Below are positions 1-10,324 of a stretch of 64,000 nt of DNA, piece by piece. The notes under the pieces are model-generated. The model was not told the origin of the DNA. It saw nothing but the letters and a program-made list of their open reading frames with translations, and searched no databases. The stretch is from positions 6,560,001 to 6,624,000 of the forward strand of contig OZ245838.1 in assembly GCA_965228735.1 (NCBI GenBank), written 5' to 3'. Position numbers and translations under genes: made by a program. Source of the DNA: Planctomycetota bacterium. Its GTDB lineage: Bacteria; Planctomycetota; UBA1135; UBA2386. Every line of letters begins with the position of its first letter. Within the stretch, counting starts at the first letter, position 1.

Positions 1-1122
1 GTGCGCGGCCAGCTCACGGCGGGCGACACGCTGACGAACGTGCGCACCGGCACCGCCATCGCCGTCGATGAGCTCTGGATGATGCACGGCGATCGCCACC
101 GCGTGCTGCCCGCCGTCGCGCCGGGCGAGATCGTCGTCGTGCCCGGCGATTTCGACCTGATGACCGGTGATTCGCTGTGCGCGACGGGGCACCCGCTCGC
201 GCTGCCCGTGCCCGAGTTCCCGCCGCCGGTGCTCGCCGTCACGTTCGAGCCGGACCACAGCGAGAACGGCCCGCGGCTGTTCGAGGCGCTGCGCGATCTC
301 GCGGGCGACGACCCGACGCTCGAGGCCGAGCTCAGCCACGGCGAGGTGAACGTGCGCGGCATGGGCGAGCTGCACCTCGAGATCGTGGCCGAGGTCGTGC
401 GCGGCCGCGTCGACTTCGCGTTCGACGTCGGCAAGCCGCGCGTCGAGCGGCGCGAGACCGTCGCGAGCGCAGCCGTGGGGGAGGTCGAGATCCGCGCGAC
501 CGTCGCGGAGGCGCTGCGCGCCGTGCGGTGCGAGGTGCGCGTCGCGCCGCTGCCGGCCGCGCCGCTCTCGGCCGAGCCCAGCTCCGTTGCGGGCGGTGAA
601 CGTTCGGCAGCGGAGGGCGCGGCCGTCGTTCGCAGTTCGGTCACGGCCGACGCCGGCGAGCGCGGCAAGGAGCTCGCGATCGTCGAGCGCTTCGCCCTCG
701 CCGAGCTGCGTTCGCGCGCGCTCTCGGGGCTGCGCGCCGGCAGCCTCGTCGACGCCGACGTCGAACTCTGCGCCCTGACGATCGACCCGCCCGCCGGGGC
801 GGCGGCCGAGTTCCTCGAAGGCCTGATCGAACAGGCCGCGACCCGCGCGCTCACGCTCGCGGTCGAACGCGCCGGCCTCGTCGAGCTCGAGCCGGTCGTG
901 CAACTCGAGGTCACCTGCCCCGAGGACGGCTGCGCGGCGGTGCTCGCCGACCTCGGTTCGCGCGGCGCCGACGTGAGCAGTGTGGTCAGCGGCAGCCTCG
1001 GGGCACGGATCGTCGGGCGGGCCCCGCTCTCGCGGATGCTCGGCTACGTGACGCGGTTGCGCTCGATCACCAAGGGCCGCGGCCAGGCCTGGCTGCGCCC
1101 CGCGGGCTTCCAGGCGAGCTGA
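1..1122 (+). CDS. fusA: Elongation factor G-like protein, divergent, 5'-truncated by window edge (domains II-V)
   Basis: TGDSLC, EFPPPVLAVTFEP, DDPTL, GMGELHLEI, GKPRVxxRETV, LEPVVQLEV, GYVTRLRSITKGRG; directly upstream of rpsJ; domain IV motifs degenerate. Confidence 0.85.
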   Translation: MRGQLTAGDTLTNVRTGTAIAVDELWMMHGDRHRVLPAVAPGEIVVVPGDFDLMTGDSLCATGHPLALPVPEFPPPVLAVTFEPDHSENGPRLFEALRDLAGDDPTLEAELSHGEVNVRGMGELHLEIVAEVVRGRVDFAFDVGKPRVERRETVASAAVGEVEIRATVAEALRAVRCEVRVAPLPAAPLSAEPSSVAGGERSAAEGAAVVRSSVTADAGERGKELAIVERFALAELRSRALSGLRAGSLVDADVELCALTIDPPAGAAAEFLEGLIEQAATRALTLAVERAGLVELEPVVQLEVTCPEDGCAAVLADLGSRGADVSSVVSGSLGARIVGRAPLSRMLGYVTRLRSITKGRGQAWLRPAGFQAS

Positions 1123-1294
1123 TGTCCTGGGTGTTGCCGATATCCGGTAACCAGCTTCTTGCAAATGACTTGTGCTAGAGTGGCCGGCCGTCGCCACCGT
1201 TGTCGGCGGCGCGCGCCCAGCGCGTCTTCGAAACACGGGCGGAGCACTCGTGTTCGGCGTCGCCGGATCCGCGAATCCACACCCAGGACATCAG
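1119..1294. mobile_element. Putative MITE/palindromic element with 16-bp terminal inverted repeats
   Basis: CTGATGTCCTGGGTGT (1119-1134) and its reverse complement ACACCCAGGACATCAG (1279-1294); left end overlaps the fusA TGA stop. Confidence 0.5.
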
Positions 1295-1339
1295 TCTCTG
1301 GAAGTGGCGGGATGGACTGGGAATGCGCGGCTACGATCC

Positions 1340-1368
1340 TTGACGCCGCCACATCCCATCGCTACCAT
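1340..1368 (+). promoter_or_regulatory. Sigma70-type promoter of the S10 operon
   Basis: TTGACG-17 nt-TACCAT, about 170 nt upstream of the rpsJ ATG. Confidence 0.7.
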
Positions 1369-1540
1369 CTCGCGCCCGCCATCGCTCCAGGGAGCACACT
1401 CGACGGTGTAACCCCTTGCCGTGACGGCGCTTAGGCCGCGAAACGCTCGCTTCCCCTCGATCCGTCGTGGATCGTTCCCCCGGGCTGCTCCGACCGACAT
1501 TTTTTCCCCAAGGCTGGTTCGAGCGGGCCAGTCATTTGCA

Positions 1541-1849
1541 ATGCAAGAGCGAATCCAGATCCGAATGGAGGCCTACGACTACGAGGCCCTCGACCAGTCG
1601 GCCCTCGACATCGTCGAGACCAGCAAGCGCACGGGCGCGCGCGTCGCCGGTCCGGTGCCGTTGCCGACCCGCGTGGAGCGCTACACGGTTCTGCGCTCGC
1701 CGCACGTCGACAAGAAGAGTCGCGAGCAGTTCGAGATCCGGACGCACAAGCGGTTGATCTACATCTCGGAGCCGACCACCAAGACGGTCGACGCGCTGAG
1801 CAAGCTCAACATGCCGGCCGGCGTCGACATCCGCATCAAGGCCTGTTAG
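1541..1849 (+). CDS. rpsJ: 30S ribosomal protein S10
   Basis: [39 protein letters not shown]; start reassigned to ATG 1541. Confidence 0.98.
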   Translation: MQERIQIRMEAYDYEALDQSALDIVETSKRTGARVAGPVPLPTRVERYTVLRSPHVDKKSREQFEIRTHKRLIYISEPTTKTVDALSKLNMPAGVDIRIKAC

Positions 1850-1872
1850 GCGCGGGGAACGAGGAGAACACC

Positions 1873-2535
1873 ATGGTCGAGATCAAGGTATTCGACGGCG
1901 GCAACGTGACCTCCAAGGAGGTCGACGCCGACAACTTCGGCGGCAAGGTCCTCGGGCGCACGCTCAAGGACGCCGTCGTGATGTACGAGAACAACCTGCG
2001 CCAGGGCACGGTGCGCGCCAAGACGCGCTCGATGGTGCGGGGGCCCAACAACAAGCTGTGGCGCCAGAAGCACACCGGCCGCGCCCGCATGGGCACGACC
2101 AAGTCGCCGATCTGGCGCGGCGGTGGCCGCATCCACCCGCCGGAGCCGCGCGAGCATCACTACTCGATGCCGAAGAAGGCGCGGCGCGCGGCGCTGCGCA
2201 ACGCGGTGTTCTCCAAGTTCCAGGACGGCGAGGTCGCGATGGCCAACGGTTGGCCGACCGACAAGCCGAGCACCAAGACCGCTCACGCGGTGCTCGAGAG
2301 CCTCGGCATGGGCCGCAGCGCGACGGTCGTCACGGCCGGTCTCGACCGCAACCTGGTCCTGTCGCTGCGCAACGTCCCGCTCGTCGACGTCTGCACGGTC
2401 GACGACCTCAACGCCCGCCAGGTGCTGCTGCGCCGTTACCTGGTCCTGACCCCGGACGCGTACGAAGCCGTCGAGAAGAAGTTCGCGACGGGCAAGATCA
2501 AAGAACGCGCTGCCGCCGGCACGAAGGAGAGCTGA
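1873..2535 (+). CDS. rplD: 50S ribosomal protein L4
   Basis: RQGT..KTRS.V.G, WRQKHTGRAR.G..KSP.WRGGG, SLRNVP; GAGGAG RBS. Confidence 0.97.
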   Translation: MVEIKVFDGGNVTSKEVDADNFGGKVLGRTLKDAVVMYENNLRQGTVRAKTRSMVRGPNNKLWRQKHTGRARMGTTKSPIWRGGGRIHPPEPREHHYSMPKKARRAALRNAVFSKFQDGEVAMANGWPTDKPSTKTAHAVLESLGMGRSATVVTAGLDRNLVLSLRNVPLVDVCTVDDLNARQVLLRRYLVLTPDAYEAVEKKFATGKIKERAAAGTKES

Positions 2536-2537
2536 GC

Positions 2538-2852
2538 ATGGCCAACGACAGCAAAGCAACCGAAGCCAACCCGCAGCAGTACTACAGCGTGCTGAAGAAG
2601 CCGCTCGTCACCGAGAAGACGACGATGCAGCAGGAGCTGCGCAACCAGTACGCGTTCGCCGTCGACCCCGACACCAACAAGGTCGAGGTTCGCAAGGCGG
2701 TCGAGGTGCTGTTCGGCGTGCGCGTCAAGGCGGTCAACATCGTTCGTATGCCGAGCAAGCGGAAGCGCATGTTCGGCCGTCCGGGCCTCTCGCGCCCCTG
2801 GAAGAAGGCCATCGTGACTCTGCACGAAGGCGACGCCATCGAGGTCGCGTAG
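2538..2852 (+). CDS. rplW: 50S ribosomal protein L23
   Basis: [38 protein letters not shown]; start ATG 2538. Confidence 0.97.
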   Translation: MANDSKATEANPQQYYSVLKKPLVTEKTTMQQELRNQYAFAVDPDTNKVEVRKAVEVLFGVRVKAVNIVRMPSKRKRMFGRPGLSRPWKKAIVTLHEGDAIEVA

Positions 2853-2898
2853 CGCGCCGGCAGCGCTACCAGATACGGGCCAAACACACGGAGAACTG

Positions 2899-3753
2899 AT
2901 GCCAGTCAAGGTCTACAAGCCAACGTCCGCCGGCCGACGCAACTCGTCGGTGCTGGACTTCAGCCACCTGACGAAGGGCAAGCGCCGCGAGAAGTCGCTC
3001 ACGGAGCGGCTGACCCACAAGGCGGGTCGCAACGCGCATGGTCACATCACGATCCGGCACCGCGGTGGCGGCGCCCGCAAGATGTACCGCAAGGTCGACT
3101 TCCGACGCGACAAGGACGGCGTGCCCGCGCGCGTCGCCGCGATCGAGTACGACCCCAACCGCACGGCCGACATCGCGCTGCTGTTCTACGCGGACGGCGA
3201 GAAGCGCTACATGCTCGCGCCCAAGGGGCTCGCGGTCGGCATGACGGTGATGTCCGGGCAGACCTGCGAGCCCGAGGTCGGCAACTGCATGCCGCTGTCG
3301 TCGATCCCGATCGGCCTCGAGGTTCACAACGTCGAGCTCAAGCCCGGCAAGGGTGGCCAGATCGCGCGGTCGGCGGGCAACAAGTGCCAGCTGCTCGCCC
3401 GCGACGGCGCCTACGCGACGCTGATCATGCCGTCGGGTGAGACCCGCAAGGTCGAGGCCCGGTGCCGCGCGACGATCGGCGAGATCGGCAACAAGGACCA
3501 CCAGAACGTGCGGTGGGGCAAGGCCGGCCGCATGCGCCACAAGCGTCGTCGCCCGATCGTTCGCGGCACGGCGATGAACCCCGTCGCCCACCCGATGGGC
3601 GGTGGTGAAGGTCGCACCGGCGGTGGTCGCCACCCGTGCTCGCCGCAGGGCAAGCTCACGAAGGGTGTCCGCACGCGCAAGAAGAAGGCCAAGAGCAGTG
3701 ACCTGATCCTGCGGCGTCGACCGCCGGGCAAGCACATGGCGGTTGGCAAGTAG
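2899..3753 (+). CDS. rplB: 50S ribosomal protein L2
   Basis: [37 protein letters not shown]. Confidence 0.99.
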   Translation: MPVKVYKPTSAGRRNSSVLDFSHLTKGKRREKSLTERLTHKAGRNAHGHITIRHRGGGARKMYRKVDFRRDKDGVPARVAAIEYDPNRTADIALLFYADGEKRYMLAPKGLAVGMTVMSGQTCEPEVGNCMPLSSIPIGLEVHNVELKPGKGGQIARSAGNKCQLLARDGAYATLIMPSGETRKVEARCRATIGEIGNKDHQNVRWGKAGRMRHKRRRPIVRGTAMNPVAHPMGGGEGRTGGGRHPCSPQGKLTKGVRTRKKKAKSSDLILRRRPPGKHMAVGK

Positions 3754-3789
3754 GCCCTGAGGCAACGAACACCGAGTTCCTGAGGAATC

Positions 3790-4056
3790 ATGAGTCGCAG
3801 CATCAAGAAGGGCCCGTTCGTCCACCCGAGCTTGCTCAAGAAGGTCGAGGCCCAGAACGCCAAGAACACGCGCCAGCCCATGAAGACGTGGTCGCGCGCG
3901 AGCGTCGTCCTGCCGGACTTCGTCGGGCACACGTTCGACGTGCACAACGGCCGCGCGTTCATCAAGGTCTATGTCACCGAGGACATGGTCGGGCACCGGC
4001 TCGGCGAGTTCGCCCCGACCCGCACGTTCCGCGGCCACTCGAAGAAGGACAAGTAA
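3790..4056 (+). CDS. rpsS: 30S ribosomal protein S19
   Basis: [32 protein letters not shown]. Confidence 0.99.
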   Translation: MSRSIKKGPFVHPSLLKKVEAQNAKNTRQPMKTWSRASVVLPDFVGHTFDVHNGRAFIKVYVTEDMVGHRLGEFAPTRTFRGHSKKDK

Positions 4057-4481
4057 TGTTCGAAACGCGAGCAGTTCACCGTCGGGCCCGTATGAGCGCG
4101 TTCAAGGCGCGCCGCGTGCTCGATCTGATCCGCGGCCGGACCGTCAACCAGGCCCTCGATGATCTGCGCCACGACCGCCACCGCGCGGCGCGCGCGATCT
4201 ACAAGGTGCTCGCGTCGGCCGTCGCCAACGCGCTGCAGAACCCGAGCGTCCGCGCCAACCGGTTGGTGATCTCCAAGACGTTCGCGCAGGACGGCCCGCC
4301 GCTGCCGGGCGGCATGCGCCTGCGTCCGGGCCCGCAGGGTCGCGCGATGCCGATCAAGCGCCGCACCTGCCACATCCACATTCACGTCGCCGATCCGCAG
4401 GCGAGCGCGGCCGAGCCGGTTGCGGCGCCCGCGGGTGCTGCCGACGACGTTGCCGACGCCCCGAGTGGGGGCGAGGAATAG
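4056..4481 (+). CDS. rplV: 50S ribosomal protein L22
   Basis: RMSAFKARRVLDLIRG, SAVANA, GRA.PIKRRTCHI; TAATG overlap with rpsS. Confidence 0.96.
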   Translation: MFETRAVHRRARMSAFKARRVLDLIRGRTVNQALDDLRHDRHRAARAIYKVLASAVANALQNPSVRANRLVISKTFAQDGPPLPGGMRLRPGPQGRAMPIKRRTCHIHIHVADPQASAAEPVAAPAGAADDVADAPSGGEE

Positions 4482-4484
4482 ATC

Positions 4485-5195
4485 ATGGGACAGAAGGTTC
4501 ACCCCACCGGGTTCCGCATCGGCGTCACCGAGCAGTGGCGTTCGCGCTGGTACGCCAGCAAGAAGGACTTCTCCCGCAATCTGGTCGAGGACCAGAAGAT
4601 CCGCAACTTCATCAAGAAGGAGTGGCAGTTCGCGGCCATTCCGAAGGTGGAGATCGAGCGGGCCGGCGCGGGCGAGACGATCACGGTCTTCGTGCACACG
4701 GCGCGCCCCGGCGTGCTGATCGGCAAGAAGGGCACCAAGGTCGACGAGTTCCGCAACGAGCTCGAGAAGCTGACCGGCAGCCCGGTGCGGATGAAGATCA
4801 TCGAGATCCACCGCCCCGAGATGGAGGCCAGCCTCGTCGCCGAGGCGGTCGCCGAGCAGCTCGGCAAGCGAATCAACTACCGCCGCGCGCTCAAGAAGGT
4901 CGCGGAGACGTCGATCGCCGCGGGCGCCAAGGGCATCAAGATCCGCGTCTCGGGGCGTCTGCAGGGTGCCGAGATGTCGCGCGTCGGCATCTTCCGCAAG
5001 GGCCGCGTGCCCTGCAACACGCTGCGCGCGCAGCTGGACTACGGCTTTGCCACGGCGAAAACCAAGTACGGATCGCTCGGCTGCAAGGTCTGGATCTACA
5101 AGGGCGAGTACGGTCCGGGTGAGACGACCCGGGGCCTGCTGCCCGTCAAGGTTGCCGACCGGAGCGCTGCCGACCGGGCCGCGACCGGAGCCTGA
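4485..5195 (+). CDS. rpsC: 30S ribosomal protein S3
   Basis: MGQKVHPTGFRIG, HTARPGVLIGKKG, SGRLQGAEM, KVWIYKGE. Confidence 0.99.
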   Translation: MGQKVHPTGFRIGVTEQWRSRWYASKKDFSRNLVEDQKIRNFIKKEWQFAAIPKVEIERAGAGETITVFVHTARPGVLIGKKGTKVDEFRNELEKLTGSPVRMKIIEIHRPEMEASLVAEAVAEQLGKRINYRRALKKVAETSIAAGAKGIKIRVSGRLQGAEMSRVGIFRKGRVPCNTLRAQLDYGFATAKTKYGSLGCKVWIYKGEYGPGETTRGLLPVKVADRSAADRAATGA

Positions 5196-5232
5196 ACCCG
5201 CCGCCGCCTAGGAGACTACGAGGAGCACTATC

Positions 5233-5643
5233 ATGTTGATGCCCAAGCGTACGAAGTGGCGCAAGCAGCACCGCGGTCGCATCCGCGGCGTCGCGTCACG
5301 TGGCACCGAGGTCGCGTTCGGCGAGTTCGGTCTGCAGTCGCTCGAGCCGGGTTGGCTGCCGTCGCGCACGATCGAGGCCGCGCGTATCGCCGCGTCACGT
5401 AACGCGCCCGAAGGCAAGCTCTGGATCCGCGTCTTCCCGCACAAGTCGATCAGCAAGAAGCCGGCCGAGACTCGTCAGGGCACCGGCAAGGGCGACGTCG
5501 AGTACTGGGCCGCGGTGATCAAGCCCGGGATGATCCTCTACGAGCTGGACGGCGTCACCGAGGACGTTGCGAAGAAGGCGTTCAACCGCGTCGCTCACAA
5601 GCTCCCGGTCAAGGTCCGGATGGTCCGCCGCCGTCGCGGCTAG
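5233..5643 (+). CDS. rplP: 50S ribosomal protein L16
   Basis: [41 protein letters not shown]. Confidence 0.99.
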   Translation: MLMPKRTKWRKQHRGRIRGVASRGTEVAFGEFGLQSLEPGWLPSRTIEAARIAASRNAPEGKLWIRVFPHKSISKKPAETRQGTGKGDVEYWAAVIKPGMILYELDGVTEDVAKKAFNRVAHKLPVKVRMVRRRRG

Positions 5644-5655
5644 AGAGATACTGCG

Positions 5656-5919
5656 ATGAAGAACGCAATGACCGAGATTCGCGGCCTCGACACGGCCGAC
5701 CTCCAGGGGCGCCTCAGCGAACTGCGCAAGGAGCAGTTCGAGCTGCGCTTCCGCGGGTCGGACGAGGCTGCCGCGATGAACAACCGGAACCGCGAGATCC
5801 GCCGCACGATCGCGCGCATTCTCACCGTGATCGGCGAGCGTGAGCGCGCCGCCGGTAGCACCAAGAGTGGCACCACCAAGAACGGCGCAGCCGCGAGCGA
5901 CGGAGGCCAGCAATCATGA
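5656..5919 (+). CDS. rpmC: 50S ribosomal protein L29
   Basis: [28 protein letters not shown]; position between rplP and rpsQ. Confidence 0.95.
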   Translation: MKNAMTEIRGLDTADLQGRLSELRKEQFELRFRGSDEAAAMNNRNREIRRTIARILTVIGERERAAGSTKSGTTKNGAAASDGGQQS

Positions 5920-6245
5920 GCGAAGACACCCAAGCTGTCGGGAACCCGGCCAGCAACCCAGCTGGCGCGGATGCCCCCGAAGGTCGCAAGCACGCGCGCG
6001 CCCTGCGCGGCATCGTCATCTCCGACAAGATGAACAAGACCGTGATCGTCGCCGTCAACCGCAAGGTTCGGCACCCGGTCTACGAGAAGTTCGTCTCGCG
6101 CCGCACCAAGCTGCACGCCCACGACGAGAAGGACGAGGCGAAGATCGGCGACACCGTCGAGATCGCGCAGACCCGGCGTCTGAGCAAGACCAAGAACTGG
6201 CGCCTCGTGCGCGTCATCCAGGCGGCCGAGCGCGCCGACGCCTAG
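5916..6245 (+). CDS. rpsQ: 30S ribosomal protein S17
   Basis: [33 protein letters not shown]. Confidence 0.98.
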   Translation: MSEDTQAVGNPASNPAGADAPEGRKHARALRGIVISDKMNKTVIVAVNRKVRHPVYEKFVSRRTKLHAHDEKDEAKIGDTVEIAQTRRLSKTKNWRLVRVIQAAERADA

Positions 6246-6281
6246 CCCTCCCGTCCAGCACAAGCTCGAAAGGAATCTACG

Positions 6282-6650
6282 ATGATCCAGGAAATGTCGA
6301 TGCTCGACGTGGCCGACAACACCGGCGCCAAGCGCGCCATGTGTGTCAAGGTCCTCGGGGGCAGTGGCCGGCGCTACGCGTCGGTCGGCGACGTCGTCGT
6401 CGCGGTCGTCAAGAAGGCGCTGCCGGCGGGTGAGGTGAAGGAGCACGACCTCGTGAAGGGTGTCGTGGTTCGCACCGCCTACGCCGTTCGCCGGCCGGAC
6501 GGTTCGTACATCAAGTTCGACCGCAATGCCCTCGTCGTGATCGACAAGGACAACAACCCGCGCGGCACCCGCATCTTCGGCGCGGTGGCCCGCGAGCTGC
6601 GTGATCGCAACTTCATGAAGATCGTTTCGCTCGCCGAGGAGGTCGTCTGA
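6282..6650 (+). CDS. rplN: 50S ribosomal protein L14
   Basis: MIQ...[30 protein letters not shown]. Confidence 0.99.
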   Translation: MIQEMSMLDVADNTGAKRAMCVKVLGGSGRRYASVGDVVVAVVKKALPAGEVKEHDLVKGVVVRTAYAVRRPDGSYIKFDRNALVVIDKDNNPRGTRIFGAVARELRDRNFMKIVSLAEEVV

Positions 6651-7000
6651 TGCTGGACATCAAGGGCAAGGCCCCCAAGCAGAAGCTGCACGTGAAGAAG
6701 GGCGACCGGGTGGTCGTCATCTCCGGGCAGTACAAGTCCGACGAGCCGCGTGAGGTGCTCAAGGTCGACGCGCGCACCGGCAAGGTGATCGTCGCCGGCG
6801 TGAACCTGCGCTGGAAGCACCAGGCGCGTTCGCAGGAGAACCCGAAGGGCGGTCGGGTGCAGGTCGAGATCCCGATCCCGGCGTGCAAGGTGCTGCTCTA
6901 CAGCGAGTCGCTCGGCAAGGGCACGCGCACCAAGACCGAGATCGTCGACGGCAAGAAGGTCCGCGTCGGCGTGAAGTGCGGGACCAAATTCGATTCGTAA
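6650..7000 (+). CDS. rplX: 50S ribosomal protein L24
   Basis: KOW motif VKKGDRVVVISG, VIVAGVN, PKGG...E.PI. Confidence 0.95.
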   Translation: MLDIKGKAPKQKLHVKKGDRVVVISGQYKSDEPREVLKVDARTGKVIVAGVNLRWKHQARSQENPKGGRVQVEIPIPACKVLLYSESLGKGTRTKTEIVDGKKVRVGVKCGTKFDS

Positions 7001-7002
7001 CG

Positions 7003-7578
7003 ATGACCACTACCGAAGCAACACCGGAGACCCCGAAGGCGCTGCCGCGCATGCTGCAGCACTATCGGGAGAAGGTGATCGACGCGCTGAAGAAGGACTT
7101 CGGGTACGCCAACCCGATGATGGTTCCGAAGCTGCAGAAGATCGTCGTCAACATGGGCGTCGGCAAGGCGGTCGAGAACAAGAAGGCTCTCGAGTCCGCC
7201 ACCAAGGACATGGTCACGATCACGGGCCAGCAGCCGATGGTGCGCAAGGCGCGCGTCTCGGTGTCCGGCTTCCGCCTGCGCCAGGGCTATGCGGTCGGCG
7301 TCGCCGTCACGCTGCGTGGCTCGCGCATGTGGGAGTTCCTCGACCGTCTCGTCTCGCTCGCCATCCCTCGAATCCGCGACTTCCGCGGCCTGCCCACCAA
7401 GCTCGACGGGCAGGGCAACTACTCGATGGGACTGTCGGAGCAGAGCGTGTTCCCTGAGATCCAGCTCGACAAGGTCGAGTTCGTGCAGGGAATGAACATC
7501 ACCTTCGTCACCAGCGCACCGACCGACAAGGAAGGCCTCGCGCTGCTGACCCACCTGGGCATGCCGTTCAAGAAGTAG
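7003..7578 (+). CDS. rplE: 50S ribosomal protein L5
   Basis: [41 protein letters not shown]; start ATG 7003. Confidence 0.99.
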   Translation: MTTTEATPETPKALPRMLQHYREKVIDALKKDFGYANPMMVPKLQKIVVNMGVGKAVENKKALESATKDMVTITGQQPMVRKARVSVSGFRLRQGYAVGVAVTLRGSRMWEFLDRLVSLAIPRIRDFRGLPTKLDGQGNYSMGLSEQSVFPEIQLDKVEFVQGMNITFVTSAPTDKEGLALLTHLGMPFKK

Positions 7579-7580
7579 CC

Positions 7581-7766
7581 ATGGCAAAGAAGTGCTTGAA
7601 AGTGAAGCAGCAGCGTCCCGCGAAGTTCTCGACGCGCCGCTACAACCGCTGCCAACTCTGTGGGCGCCCGCGGGCCTACTACCGCAAGTTCGGCATTTGC
7701 CGGTGCTGTTTCCGTGACCTCGCCCTGCAGGGTGAGATCCCGGGTGTCCGTAAGGCCTCGTGGTAA
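7581..7766 (+). CDS. rpsN: 30S ribosomal protein S14, zinc-binding (type Z, 61 aa)
   Basis: [27 protein letters not shown]. Confidence 0.98.
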   Translation: MAKKCLKVKQQRPAKFSTRRYNRCQLCGRPRAYYRKFGICRCCFRDLALQGEIPGVRKASW

Positions 7767-7785
7767 CCGACAGGAGACTTGGCCC

Positions 7786-8181
7786 ATGATGACCGACCCG
7801 ATCGCCGACATGCTCACGCGCATGCGCAACGCTCTGATGAGCGGGGCGAACCATTGCGTGGTGCCCGGCAGCAAACTCAAGGTCCGGATCCTCGACGCGA
7901 TGAAGCGAGAAGGCTTCGTCGACAGTTACGAGGTGCACTCCGAGGGTCACCGCTCGGTGATCCGAATCAACTTCAAGTATGGCCCGGAAGGCGAGGTCGT
8001 CATCTCGACGATCCAGCGCTTCAGCAAGCCGGGCTGTCGCCGTTACCGCAAGTTCGAGGACCTGCCGCAAGTGCGCGGCGGGCTCGGCATCGCGGTGGTC
8101 TCGACCAACCAGGGCGTGCTGTCCGACCGCGAGTGCCGCGAGCGCCGCGTCGGTGGCGAGGTCCTCTGCACGGTTGACTGA
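7786..8181 (+). CDS. rpsH: 30S ribosomal protein S8
   Basis: MTDPIADMLTRMRNA, SKPG.R.Y, GLGIAVVSTNQGV, GGEVLC. Confidence 0.99.
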   Translation: MMTDPIADMLTRMRNALMSGANHCVVPGSKLKVRILDAMKREGFVDSYEVHSEGHRSVIRINFKYGPEGEVVISTIQRFSKPGCRRYRKFEDLPQVRGGLGIAVVSTNQGVLSDRECRERRVGGEVLCTVD

Positions 8182-8237
8182 CTCTTTTGGCGACTGAGCC
8201 GTTCGGCGACCCCAACGCAACGCACGAGGAACATTCA

Positions 8238-8783
8238 ATGTCACGTATCGGCAAGCAGCCCATCGCCGTCCCCAAGGGCGTGACCGTCGCCGTCGCGGAC
8301 GGCGTGGTCTCGGTCAAGGGCAGCAAGGGCGAGTCCAAGCTCGACCTGCGCAAGGAAGTCGCGGTCGCGATCGACGGCGACTCCGTCACGGTCAGCACGA
8401 CCGACGGGGAGCGCTGGTCGCGCGCGATGCAGGGCACGACCCGCGCGCTGCTCCACAACATGATGGTCGGCGTCTCCGAGGGCTACGAGAAGAAGCTCGA
8501 GGTCAACGGCGTCGGTTTCGAGGCGGACCTGCAGGGCAAGACGCTCGTGCTCAAGGTCGGCTTCAACAAGCCGGTGAAGTACCAGGTGCCGGACACGGTC
8601 ACGATCGAGTGCCCGTCGGTGACCAACATCACGATTCGCGGCATCGACAAGCAGCAGGTCGGAGCGGTCGCCGCCGAGATCCGCAAGATCCGGAAGCCGG
8701 AGCCCTACAAGGGCAAGGGCATCAAGTACGCCGACGAGGTCATCAAGCGCAAGGCCGGCAAGGCCTTCGCGTCGGGCGGCTAA
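8238..8783 (+). CDS. rplF: 50S ribosomal protein L6
   Basis: [31 protein letters not shown]. Confidence 0.99.
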   Translation: MSRIGKQPIAVPKGVTVAVADGVVSVKGSKGESKLDLRKEVAVAIDGDSVTVSTTDGERWSRAMQGTTRALLHNMMVGVSEGYEKKLEVNGVGFEADLQGKTLVLKVGFNKPVKYQVPDTVTIECPSVTNITIRGIDKQQVGAVAAEIRKIRKPEPYKGKGIKYADEVIKRKAGKAFASGG

Positions 8784-8833
8784 CGCCGACCGGTGGTGTC
8801 ACGAACCGAGCCATAGACAAGAGATCAACCGCA

Positions 8834-9208
8834 ATGACTTCCTCCGTAACCCGCAAGAAGCACGCCGCCCGTCGCGGCAAGGCGACCTCGCTGCGCAAGC
8901 GCATGCGCCGGCGTACGGACCACCCGCGCCTCTCGGTGTGCCGCAGCCTGACGAACATCTCGGTCCAGATCATCGACGACCTCAAGGGGCACACGCTGTG
9001 CGCCGCGTCGTCGCTCGAGAAGGACCTCAAGGGTCAGACCGAGGGCAAGAACAAGACCGACGTCGCGGCCAAGGTCGGCGAGGTGCTCGCCGAGCGCGCG
9101 AAGCAGGCCGGCGTCAGCAAGGTCGCGTTCGACCGCGGCCCTTACAAGTATCACGGCCGCATCAAGGCGCTGGCCGACGCCGCTCGGAAGGGCGGCCTGG
9201 AGTTCTAG
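8834..9208 (+). CDS. rplR: 50S ribosomal protein L18
   Basis: [38 protein letters not shown]. Confidence 0.98.
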   Translation: MTSSVTRKKHAARRGKATSLRKRMRRRTDHPRLSVCRSLTNISVQIIDDLKGHTLCAASSLEKDLKGQTEGKNKTDVAAKVGEVLAERAKQAGVSKVAFDRGPYKYHGRIKALADAARKGGLEF

Positions 9209-9209
9209 T

Positions 9210-9722
9210 ATGGTCAACAAGTTCTACCCGCAGGTCTCGATCGACGAAGCGCTCGCGGCGAACGTCGACGACGACGTCGTGGCGATCAACCGCTCGGCGG
9301 CCGTGGTCAAGGGCGGCCGCCGCTTCTCGTTCAGCGCGCTGAGCGTGGTCGGCAACCGCGACGGACTCGTCGGCATCGGCTACGGCAAGGGCCGCGAGGT
9401 CCCGTCCGCGATCGAGAAGTCGGTCAAGGACGCACGCAAGCAGATGATGCGCGTCGTTCGCGACGGCACGTCGATCCCGCACGGCGTCGAGGCGCGCTAC
9501 TGCAGCTCGCGCGTGCGGCTCATCCCGGCGGCGCCGGGCACGGGCATCATCGCCGGCAAGGCCGTGCGCAAGATCCTCGAGCACGCCGGCATCACGGACA
9601 TCCTGACCAAGAACTACGGCTCGACCAACGCCCTCAACGTCGTCAAGGCGACCATGCTCGCGCTGAGCATGCTGCGGACGAAAGAGGACACGGCCCAGCT
9701 GCGAGGAGTCGAGATCGCATGA
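9210..9722 (+). CDS. rpsE: 30S ribosomal protein S5
   Basis: VVKGGRRFSFSAL.VVG, G.GKGREVP.AI, PAAPGTGIIAG. Confidence 0.99.
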   Translation: MVNKFYPQVSIDEALAANVDDDVVAINRSAAVVKGGRRFSFSALSVVGNRDGLVGIGYGKGREVPSAIEKSVKDARKQMMRVVRDGTSIPHGVEARYCSSRVRLIPAAPGTGIIAGKAVRKILEHAGITDILTKNYGSTNALNVVKATMLALSMLRTKEDTAQLRGVEIA

Positions 9723-10306
9723 ATCTCTCCGAAGCGAAAGAACTCGGACTGAAGTATCCCGAACGCAAGCGCGTCGGGCGCGGCACGGGCTCGGGCACCG
9801 GCAAGACGGCCGGCCGCGGCCACAAGGGCGCGCGCGCGCGCTCGGGTTGGTCGCAGCGCATCGGTTGGGAAGGCGGTCAGATGCCGATCTACCGCCGCGT
9901 GCCGAAGCGCGGGTTCAACAACAAGAACTTCGAGAAGGTCTATACGACGGTCAACGTCCGCGACCTCGAGGGGTTCGACGCCGGTGCGACGGTCGATCTC
10001 GAGGCGGTGCTCTCAAAGGGCCTGACGTCCAAGGCCAAGCACAGCGACCTGTTCAAGATCCTCGGTGACGGCGAGCTGACGAAGTCGGTCACGGTCAAGG
10101 TCCACGCGATCACGAAGAGCGCGCAGGAGAAGATCGAGAAGGCCGGCGGCAAGGTCGAGCTCATCGAGCCGAAGCAGATGCGACCCAAGTTCGTGGCCAA
10201 GGACGGCAGCAAGCGCAAGCCGGGCACGAAGCGTCGCCGACGCGGCGGTCCGATCAGCGAAGCGGCATCGGCAGCCAACGAGACCACCCAAGGCGAGGAC
10301 TCCTAA
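9719..10306 (+). CDS. rplO: 50S ribosomal protein L15 with basic C-terminal extension
   Basis: RVGRGTGSGTGKTAGRGHKG, EGGQMPIYRRVPKRGF, KIEKAGG. Confidence 0.98.
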   Translation: MNLSEAKELGLKYPERKRVGRGTGSGTGKTAGRGHKGARARSGWSQRIGWEGGQMPIYRRVPKRGFNNKNFEKVYTTVNVRDLEGFDAGATVDLEAVLSKGLTSKAKHSDLFKILGDGELTKSVTVKVHAITKSAQEKIEKAGGKVELIEPKQMRPKFVAKDGSKRKPGTKRRRRGGPISEAASAANETTQGEDS

Positions 10307-10324
10307 GGGAGCTGCGACAACGGC

